64,000 nt of DNA from the human T2T-CHM13v2.0 reference genome, Homo sapiens: the NCBI RefSeq assembly GCF_009914755.1, contig NC_060939.1; one strand, written 5' to 3'. A program made the translations under genes and the position numbers. Below the pieces are notes generated by a model. The model was given only the letters and a program-made list of their open reading frames with translations, did not search any database and was not told the origin of the DNA. Numbering within the stretch: the stretch's first letter is position 1; each line of letters opens with the position of its first letter. Shown here one piece after another: positions 13,642 to 27,131 of the stretch.

Positions 13642-13863
13642 CCTCCTCTGTGGCTGACCTTCTCTGTGGATGACCTCCTCTGTGGATGACCTCCTCTGTG
13701 CTGACCTCCTCTGCGGCTGACCTCCTCTGTCACTAACCTCCTATGTGGCTGAGCTCCTCTGTGGCTGACCTCCTCTGTGGCTGACCTCCTCTGTGGCTGA
13801 CCTCCTATGTGCTGACCTCTTTCATGGCTGACCTCCTCCGTGGCTGACCTCCTCTGTGGCTGA
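13642..13863. repeat. Minisatellite/VNTR, 14 copies of 16-bp CCTCCTCTGTGGCTGA
   Basis: Counted directly: 12 units of 16 bp and 2 of 15 bp, head to tail, with no spacers. Confidence 0.95.
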
Positions 13864-15691
13864 CCGTGCCATTGTAGCTCATCTGCATCCCAAGCATCGC
13901 CATGGTGTTTTCCTGAGCAAATTCCTTCCCCTTTCTAATAGGAATTGGACTACATATAAGTAAAATCTTTGACAAACACTGGAAACACAAACAACTCATG
14001 AACAATAACTTAATGTAAAAAGGAACAGAGAGCATCCCATTAAACAAATGCCTGGAAATTGGCCATGGGTGTACCTTGTTTCAAGGATTTGGCACTTTCT
14101 CACCTGATGAATGAAACACTTTTGGCCCCTGAGTTAAAAGGCAGAGAGCTGGGACTATCCTAGCACACACATACAGACACAATCCCATCCACGTGAGTGG
14201 ATGAGAGTGTCGTGGCTTTGGGTAGATGCTGCCTATGCTCTCCGTTCAGTTCTCTCTAGGAGAATCATAATGGTGTTTAGAAATAAATAAGAATCATGTC
14301 AATACACTGGCTCGTTCATGTGTGAGAGCTCTGGTCACATGTAGACAATGCCTCCACCTTTACACAGGACACTTACAGGGTGGTCATCAGAAACAGTTGA
14401 AACGGCACTAGATGCACCTGCCACAGGTTTGGTCACTGATGCTTCAAAGACCCTGGACACCAGCTGGAATTATCTGGGTTTTTTTTTTAGCCAAATATCT
14501 ATAGAAAAGCCCATGCTCTTGTAGGGGAGAAAATATAATTTCTTTTCCTTCCCTTTTTACATTCTTAGTTGAGACACTATCCTGAAAACGAAAGTTGGAA
14601 TAACATACAAAAAACCAACAGAAGCTTACTAACGGGCGCTGCACCCATCATGCTGGAGAGTTCAAAAAGTACTTATCTCTCAAGGACGGGGAGCTTTACT
14701 TAAATAGTATTGGAACAAAGAGCCCTAACTCCTATATAGCAACAAGACAAAGACAAAAGTTGCTCCAGGTTTTCGAAAGGGAGGAAGATGCAAGAAGTTA
14801 GATTTGTGGGGAGAGTGAAGTCTGCTCCTAGAACCTCTGGCGCCACCATCTCTGAGCTTTCTTTCTGAGCTGGTGAGCAAGTGTTGCAAAGGGGCCTGAC
14901 TTTAGGTGAGAAAGGCAGAGAGCACAGCAAAAGGCAGAATGTGCCTTGCACCTCAACCCTTTTAGCTCAACCATCCCCAGTATTTTGGAGAGGAATATTT
15001 TGTTGTCCGTCACTCCCATCATGAAGCGTGAAAAGATGAGCCATTTCTTGGCAGCAGAAATAGAAATGGTCTATAATTAGCACCTGGATTTTCACTTTGC
15101 TGCCAGCCAGTTGGTAGAAGAGCACTGAACCAAGTATAATGGCTAAAAGAGCTTACCTTTCTAGACGCCTCAGGAGCTACCTTCAGCGGCTTATTTTTGT
15201 AAGGGTGGATAAAGCTATCAAAAAGTACCCCTTAATTAGCCTGGCCACTAGCTCCGATGTGAAGGCCTGAAAGACATTTGCTAAAATGCAAATGTTACCT
15301 GGAGCAGGTGTAACTTTGGTTTCTACAGTTGGGTTAAGACAAGCAAAAATGTAATTGAATTAAAGTTTTCCCCTAGGCTAATACGCCCAGTAAGTGAGTA
15401 GCCCACTGAGCCTGCAGTGATCCCACAGGACAGCCTGAAAGCCTGCATGTGTGCCCACAGGGAAGGGGCTGGCCAAAATAAGAACAAGGGAAGGTTGCTT
15501 GAGGGAAAGGTGGTGCATCGCTCCTGGTTGGGGAGAGATAAGGCAGGAGAGGCTCAGGGTTCAGCACGCATGTGTTCTCTGAACATGTACTGAGGCCCTC
15601 TGTATGTCTGGAACCTGAGAAGAAAGCACCCCACCCATGAGGGGCTAGGGCCGCCTGGGGAGGGCTGCGGGCAAGGCATTCCCAGCTTCTC

Positions 15692-16017
15692 TAGTGTGCA
15701 CAGCAAATGTCTCCTCAGGGCCAAATCCAGCCCCTCTCTGTTGGCATGCAGTTTCGAGCTAAGAATGGTTTTCACATTTTCAAATGGTTGAAAAACCATC
15801 AAAAGAAGAATACTTCATGACACATAAAAATTACATGAACTTCAAACTTCAGTGTCAAATACAGTTTTATAAGAACACGTCCACACCCATTCATTTACAT
15901 CTATGATGCTTTCTCACTGTGGCAGCAGAATCAATGGTCACCATGGAGACATGTGTGGTCTGCAGAGCCTAAAATATTTGCTTTCTGGCCCTTCATAGAG
16001 AGAGTGCCAATTCCTGC
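15692..16017 (+). mobile_element. MER58B (hAT-Charlie) DNA transposon
   Basis: 'gggccaaatccagccc', 'gagctaagaatggttttcacatttt', 'gcctaaaatatttgctttctggccctt'. Confidence 0.85.
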
Positions 16018-16430
16018 CTCAAATTGTCTCCTGAAGATCAATGCTATGGTTTGCAAGTTTGGCCCCTCCAAAACTCATGTTAAAATTTAATCCCCAATGT
16101 GGCAGTATTGAGAGGTGACTGGATCATGAGGGCTCTGGTCTTGCAAATGGATTAATCCATTGATGGATTAACAGATTAATGGGTTAGTGGATTGATGGGT
16201 TATCATGAAAGTGGGGCTTTATAAGAAGAAGAAAAAAAAGACCCTACCTAGCACACTTAGCCCTGTGTCGTATGACACCCTGCACCCCCTCAAGACTGCG
16301 GAGAGTCCCCACAGCAAGGAGCCCTTACCAAAGGCAGCCCCTCAACCATGGAACTCCCGGCCTCCAGAACAGTAAGAAATAAATTTATTTTCTTATAAAT
16401 TACCCAGTCTCAGATATTGTTATAAGCAAC

Positions 16431-17032
<602 letters not shown>

Positions 17033-17126
17033 GCAAAAGAAAACAAACTAAGACAATTGAGTTTTTGCTTCTGTCCATAGCTGGTCAAGGAACACGCTGC
17101 TTGCCGGCCCACAACCCCTTTAAGAA

Positions 17127-17625
17127 TGTGGGATATGATGAGGTTTCTCTTCAAATAGCCTGATCAATCCTTTATTCTTTAATTCATAGTACCACCCCGC
17201 CCCTTTTCCTTTTTCTCTTTTCTGCCTTTGTTGCATGCCCGGACACGCCACAGTATCAGGCTTATCAGTACCAGCTCACATTCCTTTCCTTATTTGGAAA
17301 GAAGACTAGCTCTCTAGGTCATTGCAGACATCCCTTCCCCTCTCCCCTCTCTCCCTTATATGCCCACCTTATCTGAAGAAAAGTTCAAGTATTTAGCCAA
17401 CCAAGATTAGTTTAGATTGTACGGCCCAACCCCAGCCAATGAGGGAAAAGTACAGAGGCAGGACTTGCATCAAGAATGAAGGCTCTTATGCCCCTTTGTT
17501 CAGGTGTGCTCTCATGGCAACTGGCCAAAGAGAAGCATTCTTCTGCACAGAAGTAAAATTGCTTTGCTAAGAATCCTTTGTTTAAGTGTTCAATTTCCTT
17601 AAGATTTTGAGCATTATTCCCAACA
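17127..17625 (+). mobile_element. LTR10B-like (HERV-I) solo LTR
   Basis: Starts TGTGGGATATGATGAGGTTTCTCTTCAAATA, ends ...ATTCCCAACA; perfect 4-bp TSD AGAA (17123-17126 / 17626-17629). Confidence 0.85.
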
Positions 17626-18404
17626 AGAAGCTTCACCGTGACTGCCCGGCTGTGTGTGTTTGTTTGCAGACACTTTTCTTTGCTGATTGTTTCAAATTAT
17701 AGAGATAAAGGAAAATAGGAAAGGGCTGACACTAAACCATAGTTCTCATAAACATAATGGAATTATGACAAGCCACCTGCACAGGTCCACAAGATGCTTA
17801 ATGGGGCCAAGGCCAGTCAGTGTCACGGAGGGTATAGAGCTGAAGGCTGCAGGGAGGAGGCGGAGCGGGGTCTGCTGAGAGGAACAGAGCGCAGGGAGTC
17901 CCAAGCTACAGAAATCAGCACGTGCAGGGGAGCGTGGGGGAGAAACGCCACGGACTTGGGGCTGTGGTCGAGGATTTCAGACGACTGTGACTCCCCCATC
18001 GTTTGACATGCTACTTTGGTTAATCCCAATCTCTTTTAGCCATTTAAGCTTCATATTTTATGTTTCTTCACCTTTTCTGGCTTTGAGGCTGTCTATATGT
18101 TTGCTTGGCTATGAAACAGTCATTTGAAAAGAATATTCTAACTCTGCCTTCCAGTCCAACCGAAATACAAACAAAGTAACAGATGTTCACTCAAAATAAT
18201 TAGAGGATTTTATAGGAGAGAAAAGCAAAATGCTTCAAAACCAATTGGTTTGAATGGGATTGTTTCTGACCAACAATGGCCTGCAGAGTGTAGTTTTTCT
18301 CTTTTCATCTTTCTGAATGTTGGAAGAAGCCTAGTAAGCCAGTCACTGCTGCCATTTGGAAATGTCAGAATGTCTCTCGCTTGGCTTCCCTGATTCCAGC
18401 AACC

Positions 18405-18908
18405 AGAAACACCAAGACACACATCCCAAATGCACATACATCCCCCAACACACCACACACCACAAACACATGCACAGTACATACAAATGCACTCATATAC
18501 CACACCACACATACCACACAAATGCACACTCACTACACCACATACCACACACCACACTACACACACATACAACACACATACCACACATAAATGCATACTC
18601 ATACCACACCACACACACATGTATGCCCCACACCACACACACACATACACACAGACACCATATCACAGCCCAAAGATAGTCCATACCCCACACCTGTACC
18701 ACACACCATACAAACACACTCACACTACACACACATACCATACCACATACCAACACCACACACACAGATTCACACTATAGAACACATATGAACACCCCAC
18801 ACACATATACCCCACATGCACATGCACTGCAGGCACACGCCCTGCACACACACTTACATATACTGTACACACAGGCCACACGGCATGGCGCACACACACA
18901 AACACACT
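18405..18908. repeat. Degenerate CA-rich (CACAC/CATAC) low-complexity tract
   Basis: Directly visible; source of the His/Thr and Cys/Val-rich ORFs. Confidence 0.95.
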
Positions 18909-19784
18909 CAATGCTCCTATAAGATAAAACGGTGCTGAGTGCTTTTCCCACGCAGGTGTGGAGAGAGTCATGGCAATGAGCCAGGACACGCAGGAAGGGA
19001 CCGGCCAGGAGCCATGTGGGTAGAGAACATGTGCTGAATCCTTTTCCAAAAGCCCTGGCTATTTCCTCTCAGCATTAAGAGGCTCTTCTTGTGGCTTTGG
19101 AGAAGTGCACAGTGCACAGAGGTGTTACAGAGAGAGAGGTGATGGCAGGCTTTAGGCAGGTAGGCAAGAGGCCAGAGCCACATGCTGGTGCCCAGAGATG
19201 GCTGGGCTGTCTAGCAGAGTGCACTTGTGAGGGCTGCCCTGTTCCTGTTTACCTATCCTGGGCCATCCAGCTACAGACTCACTCTGGTCTAAAGCAAGAT
19301 GAGCTGCCAGTTTAGGTATCTTGTCTTCCCCAAAGCTCCCGCTGACTAACCTGGGCAGCACCCCAACAAAGCTAGGGTCAGTGGCCTCCTCCACACCCCG
19401 TGCCACCTCCACGTCCTCTGTGTGCCCATGCCTGGACCAGCAGCACTTGATCATGTGCCTCCCCAAGCACGAAGAGGCCTCCCACCTACCTTCATGTCCC
19501 AGTGAATGAAAGGTGCACCTGTCCTGCCCTCGAAATGCTGTGAGCCCTGCAGCACCCAACAACACAGACCTGGACAGGCTCCCACAGAGGCCCCAGGGTG
19601 CTCAGAGCTCAGCATATATCCCTAAGGAAGGGTGACGTCTGCACCTGGGAGGGCAGTTTCCAGATCAGAGAAATAAATGCAGTGTCAGGAGACACTGCAA
19701 AGTGAAATGTCTTTGCAAATTATAAATCACCAGGAAATGCAGTCACTTTTGTCTCCTTTGCCCTGTCCCTGTGATATGTAAATA

Positions 19785-19835
19785 AATATATATCTTATAT
19801 ATATAAACATATATCTTATATATATATAAACATAT
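19785..19835. repeat. TA-rich microsatellite
   Basis: Directly visible. Confidence 0.85.
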
Positions 19836-19869
19836 TTTATTAGAAATACGTTGTTTCTCATAAATAGCC

Positions 19870-20020
19870 CACACAATCTCCACTTGTTGGTTACGGATCA
19901 TGTTCTCCCGCGGCAGAACAGAAGCCCAGTGAGGACGGCATCTTGTCTTGTTCACAGCTGTGTACCCAGCACCGAGAACTGTACTTGGCATCCAGTCAAT
20001 GCTTAATAAATATTCATTGA
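19870..20020 (+). mobile_element. L2 3' end
   Basis: 'tcttgttcacagctgtgtacccagcaccgagaactgtacttggcat...gcttaataaatattcattga'. Confidence 0.8.
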
Positions 20021-21317
20021 GAAAAAGAAGAGGGTATCATAAGAGAGAACGCCCACATGAAAAACACAGGCTCTGCGGAGGCTGAGCTTCCAGCCTCCCC
20101 CACTCCACTTCCCCACCACCAGCACAGGCTCCGGGCTCTCCTCATACAGGCCGTGGAGAAAGTACTGGTTGCCCAGGTGACACCCAGGCCACCCAGCACT
20201 CCAGGGAGCTGACATCTCTTTTGGGCAGAGCAGCCACGGCATCTGCCAGAGGACTGCAGGAAACCTGAGTTTCAAAAGCAATACCAGACTTGCTGCGATT
20301 CCTCTGCACCTTTGATATTGTGGTGGGTGTGTGATTTTTCCTGGTGCTTCAAAAGTCTGCAGGCTGAGAGCCCAGCTGTATTTGCTAATCTGTTCAAAAG
20401 CCTCAGACCCAGCCATTAGGATGTTCCCACCCCCATTAGAATTAAGACCTCCCTTCCACACGCAGTTGGGTTTGTAAATCAGGAAGTCATACTACACACA
20501 CACAATGAGACCCCGTGTTTCAATGACCTGGAAAACCCAGGCAAAATGGGCAGCTCCCTGCCCATCACCTCAGATGTCCACAGGCACACCAGTACTTGAT
20601 GTCACACCTGCAAGACCAGGGCAAGCACCTAAGGTCGGTGACAGAGGAGTGTGTCCAGAAAGCAGATACGTGCGTTCCATCCCAAGGACGGGGGACAGAA
20701 AGTAAAGGGGACAAGCCTCTGGGAAGGTCATCATGGAGAGGAGTAGAATCCCCCAGTGCCTTTCGCTCCATTGGCTTTCTTCCTCACACTGTCTAAGGTC
20801 GTCTGCCATTTCATTCTACCTTTTCACCTGCATTCATTATTGGTCGGGCACAGGATGCTTGGTGGTTCTCTGTGCATCCCTACCTGGCAGCCAGGGTCAG
20901 GGCAAAAGCATGGGTCATTGCCAAGGAGAGCTCCATCTGTGGTCACAGGGGCTCAAGCAAAGGGCTCCATGAAGAAAGGGTGCATGTCCCAGGGAAGGCG
21001 CCTGCTCAGCCTCGCAGAGAGTGAGACACGTGAGCTGAGTCTTGAGAGAGGAAGGAGACCTCATTGGACAACCCCAGGAGCAAGAAAACTTGAAGCAGGA
21101 GAGGTCCACGGTGGGGCTGGTGCAGCCAAAGCTCTGTCTTCAGGCTGGGTCCTGAGGGGCAGTCCCATCTGCATGATGGCAATGCATGTCCCGAGGGCTG
21201 AAAGTGCTCTGTAGACAAGGTCAGCTGAGAAATGGTCACGCAGAGCTTAGCAGATTTCCTCTGGACGGGACGTCCTAATAATCTCAGTATGCCATGTCAC
21301 TGAATATCTCCAAGGAG

Positions 21318-21727
21318 AGAGGGCTTGGGTCTGTGTCCCCACCAAATCTTATGTTGAAATGTGATTCCTATTATTAGAGGTGGGGCCTGGGGTTGGTGGG
21401 GGAGGTATTGGGTCATGAGGGTGGAGCCCTCAGGAATGGCTTAGCACCACATGGGCTTGGTGATGAGTGAGTTCACAGGCGATCTGGTTGTTTAAAAGTG
21501 TGTGACGCCTGCCCACACTCTCTCTGTAACTCCTGCTGTCACCATGTGACGTGCCTGCTCCCGCTTCACCTTCTGCCATGACTAAAACCTCCCTGAGGCC
21601 ACCCCGGAAGCTGAGCAGATGCAGGTGCCATGCTTGTACAGCCTGCAGAATTGTGGGCTAATTAAACCTTTCTGTTTTACCCAGTCTCAGGTGTTTCCTT
21701 ACAGCAATGCAGGAATGGCCTAATACA
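21318..21727 (+). mobile_element. MSTB MaLR LTR
   Basis: 'tgtgtccccaccaaatcttatgttgaaatgtga...gatctggttgtttaaaagtgtgtg...gaatggcctaataca'. Confidence 0.85.
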
Positions 21728-22469
21728 GGGACACACATCTCACACAGGACTTGCACACCGTTGACCAAGCTTCCCTGTTCTCTCTAGGAATATCTATTGA
21801 AACATGCCTTTACTAAGGACCTAACTGGCTTCAGTAGGATACTGGAGACTGAAACCAGATTACAGTGGATCAGAGTGACCAGGTGTGGACAGCTGGTCTT
21901 TTAATCTAATTGCTGGTGAGAGGAAAGAGAGATTATTAGCAATGGAGGGCGGTGACTAGATTATGGATGCCTGGGAAGAACATACATGTGGGAGAAAAGA
22001 GGAGGGATGAAGGATGACTAGATATAGAAGGTGGAAGAGGGAGGCTAATGGGGTGCACACCCAATAAGGATGGGGACCAGGGGGACAGGCACACCAGAGG
22101 AGGTCTACTTTGTGCACAGACTTTGGGAAGGACCAGATGTGCCTCTGACTCCCCCCAAAACTGCAGTCAAGGTGGCTAAGCTGTCTGTGGCTGGACAGCC
22201 ACTGGTGAGCATGTGACTGCACAGATGAGGTCTGAGGATAAAATGAGTCAAGGGACTTCAGGTGCTCAAAGCAATGTCCAAGCTCAGCTTGACAGAGACA
22301 GACTGGGAGGGTCAGAGAGGTCAGCTTGCAGTGTGACGCTGGGCGAGCCACCCCTGCCTGCCTGCCAGGAGCCGGGGGAAAGGCAGAGCCATAGCAGAGC
22401 AGCACCAGTATGTCAGGGAGATGGAAGCACGGCAACACAGGGAGACTACAAATGTAGGTGACAAGGAAG

Positions 22470-22600
22470 AAACCTCTGGGAACAGAGTGCTGCCCTGGGA
22501 GGAAGGGAGCTCCCTGACATAGAAGGTGATTTTAAAAGGTACCTACACAACTGTCCATCTGGAATAGCAGAAAGGGAATTCCTTACTGGGTGGGGCTGTC
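22470..22600 (+). mobile_element. L3/CR1 (or MIR3) 3' fragment
   Basis: 'ctgccctgggaggaagggagctccctgacatagaaggtg...gaaagggaattcc' resembles the CR1 3' end. Confidence 0.45.
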
Positions 22601-22755
22601 TACTTTAACAGAAATATTGTAGAGATATTTCTGTATACGTTTCTACCCAAATAAAGACATAAACTCATTGCAAAAAATATATAAGATCTGTATGATCACA
22701 CATTCCAACTAGGGGAATACTATTATAATATTTTCAGGTATATCCTTCAAATTCT

Positions 22756-24965
22756 TATTTTTTTTTTTACTTTCTATTGATACATACTGTTTGTACATAT
22801 TTATTGGGTACCTGTGATATTTGACTGCATGCCTAGGATGTGTAATGATCCAGTCAGGGTGCTCAGGATGTCCATCACCTCAAGTATTTATCGTTTCCAT
22901 GTGTTGGGAACACTTTAAGAGCTCTCTTCTAGCTATTTTGAAACTTATACTCCATTGTTGTTACCTACAGTCACCCTACTCGGCTACTGAACATTAGAAC
23001 TTATTCATTCTACCTTACTGTATGTTTGTACCCATTAACCAACCTCTCTGTATCTCGTCCTCATCCTTATCACTCACACACTCTTCTCAGCTTCTAGTAT
23101 CTGTCATTTTACTCTCTACCTCCAGGAGATCAACTTTTTTAGCTCCTATATGTGAGTGAGAACATGTGGTATTTGCCTGTCTGTGCCTGGCCTATGTCAC
23201 TTAGCATAATGACTTCCAGTTCCATTCATGTTCCTGCAAACGACAGCATTTCATTACTTTTTATGGCTGAATAGTATTCCACATGTTTTTACCCATTCAC
23301 CCATTGTTGGACACTTGGGTTGATCCTATATATTTGCTGTTGTGAATAGTGCTGTGATAGTCATGGAGATGCAGTTATCCTTTATGATATACTGATGTCC
23401 TTTCCTTTGGGTAAATGCCCAGAAGTGGGGCTGCTGGATCGTAGGGTAGATCTATTTTTAGTTTTTTGAGAAATCTTCCTACTGTTTTCCATAGTAGCTG
23501 TACTAACTTATCCTCCCACCAACATTGGATAAGAGTTTTTCTTCAAATCTGTGCCAGTATCTTGTTATTTTTTTCTTTTTAATGCTAGCCATTCTGACTG
23601 GTATACTATGACATCTCATCTCATGGTGGTTTCATTTGCATTTCCCTGGTGATTACTGGCTTTGAGCGTTTCTCATATACCTGTTGGTCATTTGCACGTC
23701 TTCTTTTGAGAAATGTTTATTCATGTCCTATGCTCACTTTTTAATTGGATTATTTGGGTTTTTTTTTTTTACATTGAATTGTTAGAGTTTTTTGTATATT
23801 CCAGATATTCGTTTTTTGTCAGATGAATAGTTTACAAATATTTTCTCCCATTCAACAGGCTTCTCTTTATTCTGTTGTTTCCTTTGCTGTGCAAAAGCTT
23901 TTCAGTTTCATAGAGTCCCATTTGTCTATTTTTGTTTCTATTACTATACTTTTGAGGTCTTAGACATAAAACCTTGGCCGAGACCAAGATCCTGAAATGT
24001 TTCCTCTGTTTGTTTTGTTCTAATAGGTCCTATGTTAAAGGCTTTAATCCATCTTGAGTTGATTTCTCTATGTGGTGGGAGATAGGGGTCTGGTTTCCTT
24101 GGTGGGGGTGGTCAGGGCAAGCCTGTCCTCAGGTCCCCACGGTGGTGCTTGCAGGGCTGGCTGTGCTAGGCGGGGGCTGGGTGATCCCCAGGCCCCCAGG
24201 GCAGTGCTCTGGTGGAGGTGGAAGCAGCTGCCCTGCAGCCCTGTTGCTGGAGGGAGGAAGGGGCTGCTTTCGGGAGCAGCAGCTTTGGGCAGGCAGCTGG
24301 GGAGCATGCTCTTCAGCAGCTGTGGGCAGGATAGCCTGTCCTCAGCGCGCTTGTAAATGTTCAGCAGCCCCACTACTGGGGCGGCAGGGTGGCTGCAAGT
24401 GGCACGCGCTTCGTTCTCAGTTGCAGTAGGCAGCAATGGTGGTGGCTACAGGGTGGGGTTGTCAATGCGGCTGCCAGTGTGGAGCTCAGGGGCTGCTGGG
24501 CTGGCTGCAGTGTGGTCCAGGCTGTGTGCTCAAAATGGCGTTGTGAGGAAGCTGCTTAGGACTCAGGGTGTGTGGGAGGCAGCGTGAGCTCCCTCTCTGG
24601 ATCCATGCCATCGTGCGGTCTCCAGGCAGCTCCCTGCATTAGTGCCACAGCCTGCGAGGGCCTAGGGGGTCTGCCCTGGCTAGGACTGCAGGGGTCTGGA
24701 GTGGGATGCAGACCCCTGAGGGTCTCTGACTTACTCTTTCCCCACACTGGGGAGCCCCTCCAGGTTCCCCGCCTATCCTGGCCGACAGGCTGCACCATCT
24801 CCCTCTCCTCTCTTGCCTCCGGTGTTGCCTGTTACTTCTCAGTTGAATTCCAGAGTTCTCGCTTAGATTATCCCTTCAGAGTGTGGTTCTCCACTCGCTA
24901 TTTCGGTTCTTCTTTGTGGAGGAGGTGAGCGCCAGATGCTCCAGTCGGCCATCGTGAAGCCCCTC
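22756..24965 (-). mobile_element. L1MA2-4-type LINE with 3' end (22756-~24097) fused to 5'UTR (~24098-24965), internally deleted
   Basis: Poly(T) then 'tgtgtaatgatccagtcagggt...tccatcacctcaagtatttatc' L1MA 3'UTR and late ORF2; abrupt switch to a GC-rich 5'UTR ending (minus strand) GAGGGGCTTCACGATGGCCGACT. Confidence 0.85.
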
Positions 24966-25019
24966 TTTCAGAATATGCTTGGAAAATATTAAATGATACT
25001 CTTATGATTCTAAAGCTTT

Positions 25020-25390
25020 TTTAACTCCCTATGTGAAGAATGTCTTTTTCTTTCAGTAAGCACTTATCATTTTAAGAGTTGCTTACTGGCTAAAGCACCG
25101 AAACATTTCTGTTAGACATGTGTTATTTCCAGATTTTCCCTATTACTGACATATGGCTGTGAGCATCTTTGCTCAGAATTCCTTTAGCTCCCTCTCATCA
25201 TTTCCCGGGAGAAGTTCTCAGAAGTGGTTAGCTGGGTTAAAGGAGATGTATATTTCAATGCCTTAATATATTTTGCCAAGTCGTTGTCTGGAAACCATCG
25301 GTTGTTTACTCTCCCAACAACAGATCATATCATAATTTTTTATCATCTCTTCCAATTTCATAAAATGTTAAAAAGGCATCTCAGAGTAGC
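25020..25390 (-). mobile_element. Old L1ME fragment (likely host of the L1MA; other part ~22690-22755)
   Basis: 'gttatttccagattttccctattac...agaagtggttagctgggttaaagg...atattttgccaag'. Confidence 0.55.
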
Positions 25391-26604
25391 TCTATGATGT
25401 GCACAGGGCAGATACTGTTATTTTCAAAATGAAGAATAAAACAAAAAGCCCCCAGAGGTTGAGTGACTTAATTTGGTGAATGTTACGCTGCTCTAGAGCT
25501 GAAACCCACCAAACCTTGTTCCATCCACTGTGCCTTGAGCCTCGGACAATCCCAAGTTGACGTCCTCCCATTTGGATTTTGGCCCTTTTAACATTGATGA
25601 GTCACCCAAGGCTTCCCCTAACTCTAAAGGGCAATCGTCTCATCTTCTTTATTCTTTTTCTCCTCTTCCACTGCTTCCCTGGCCCCAGCTCTCCTCCCAT
25701 CATGTTCCCCCTCCCTTAGATCATTGCCACACATTTCAGTTGGGAGAAAGAAGAATGAAGCTGACATTCATTAAGTGTTTAGTGGGTACCAGGCACTGTG
25801 CCCTGCAGATAAGAGAAAACTTCCCTCTTTTCTATTTGGAGTAGACTTAAGAACATTTTCCACCTAATTATTAGCTATTTATACTTGTAGTAAGGATTTT
25901 CCACTTCGTGCACTTTGCACATTTGATTTTCACCACAGCCTTCTTGAGAAGGGGCTGAGGACTGGGCATGCATCCCTCAGCTCAGGCCTCCCAGATCCAC
26001 CTACCTGGAAGCCTGGGGAGGAGAGTCCTCAGGGCCTTCCTCTGCCTCTGGTCATGGCCACAGGGGTGTAAGCTACATTTGGGGGCTGTGTGAAAAACGG
26101 ACTTTCTTCTCAAGGCCTGTCCAAGCCAATGAACTCATTGAGAATTGGGGATGCAAGATAAACATAAGACATGACCCTTCCCCTTAAGACTCTTCTGTCT
26201 TGTCTTGGAACCAAGACTTTACTCCACCTAAGCCTTGGGTTACGGGAGAAACATTATCTCACTAAAAGCCTCATTCATTGCAAGCACACGCAATGAATGT
26301 TGTAGTGGAACAGGTGGATGAGGGTGGAAGGAAGGTGAGTGACAACAGACTCCAGAGCCCTCAGAGAATGTTCTGGGAAGGACTCCTCCACCGAGAGCAG
26401 AGGCAGCTCAGCACCAAGGAGCAGCCCCTCGAGTACTTCCTCCCTCCAGATCCAGACCACAGTACCTGGAGGAGGGTGCGGAACAAGGAGGGGGAGGGAT
26501 ATTTCTTCTTCCAGTAGATCGTACGGCCAGAAAGAGGGCGAGAGGTGCTGAAGGCAGATTCGGAGAGGAAGCCTTGGATGCAGCTGCTGGCTTGCCACTT
26601 GAGA

Positions 26605-26735
26605 ATGTCTCATCTCTCTGAGCCTCCCTTTCTTCATGTGTAGAGGTAGTAAGAGCGCCTGCCTCCCTGGGTTTGGGGGATTTTGGAGGGGAAGATGCAG
26701 ACAGAAAGCCTGCAGCGGGAAGTGGGTGCTCAATG
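26605..26735 (+). mobile_element. MIR SINE
   Basis: 'tctctctgagcctccctttcttcatgtgtaga...gggtgctcaatg'. Confidence 0.55.
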
Positions 26736-26788
26736 TTTTTTGTTTGTTTGTTTTTGTTTTTGTTTTTGCATTCTAAGCAGTTAACCAC

Positions 26789-27131
26789 GGCTATGGTTTG
26801 GTTCTGTGTCCACACCCAAATCTCATCTTGAATTGTAATCCACACGTGTCAAGGTAGGGAAGTGGTTGGATTATGGGGGCGGTTTCCCCCATGCTGCTCT
26901 CCTGTTAGTGAGTGAATTCTCACAAGATCTGATAGTTTTATAAGGGGCTCTTCCCCCTTCACTCTCTCGCCTGCTGCCCTATAAGACTTGTTTGCTTCCC
27001 CTTCCGCCATGATTGTACGTGTCCAGAGGCATCCCCAGCCATGTGGAACCATGAGTCAATTAAACCTCTTTCCTTTATAAATTACCCAATCTTGGGTATT
27101 TCTTTGTAGCAGCATGAGAATGGACTAATCA
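26789..27131 (+). mobile_element. THE1 (THE1D-like) MaLR solo LTR
   Basis: 'atggtttggttctgtgtccacacccaaatctcatcttgaattgtaatcc...ccagccatgtggaac..gagtcaattaaacctctttcc...atggactaat'. Confidence 0.9.

Noticed and set aside
13642-13863. Regular repeats as a CRISPR-like array or PRDM9 motif array
   Set aside because: Head-to-tail units with no unique spacers in primate DNA; the unit does not match CCNCCNTNNCCNC.
18210-19049. His/Thr-rich and Cys/Val-rich ORFs
   Set aside because: Produced by the CA-rich low-complexity tract.
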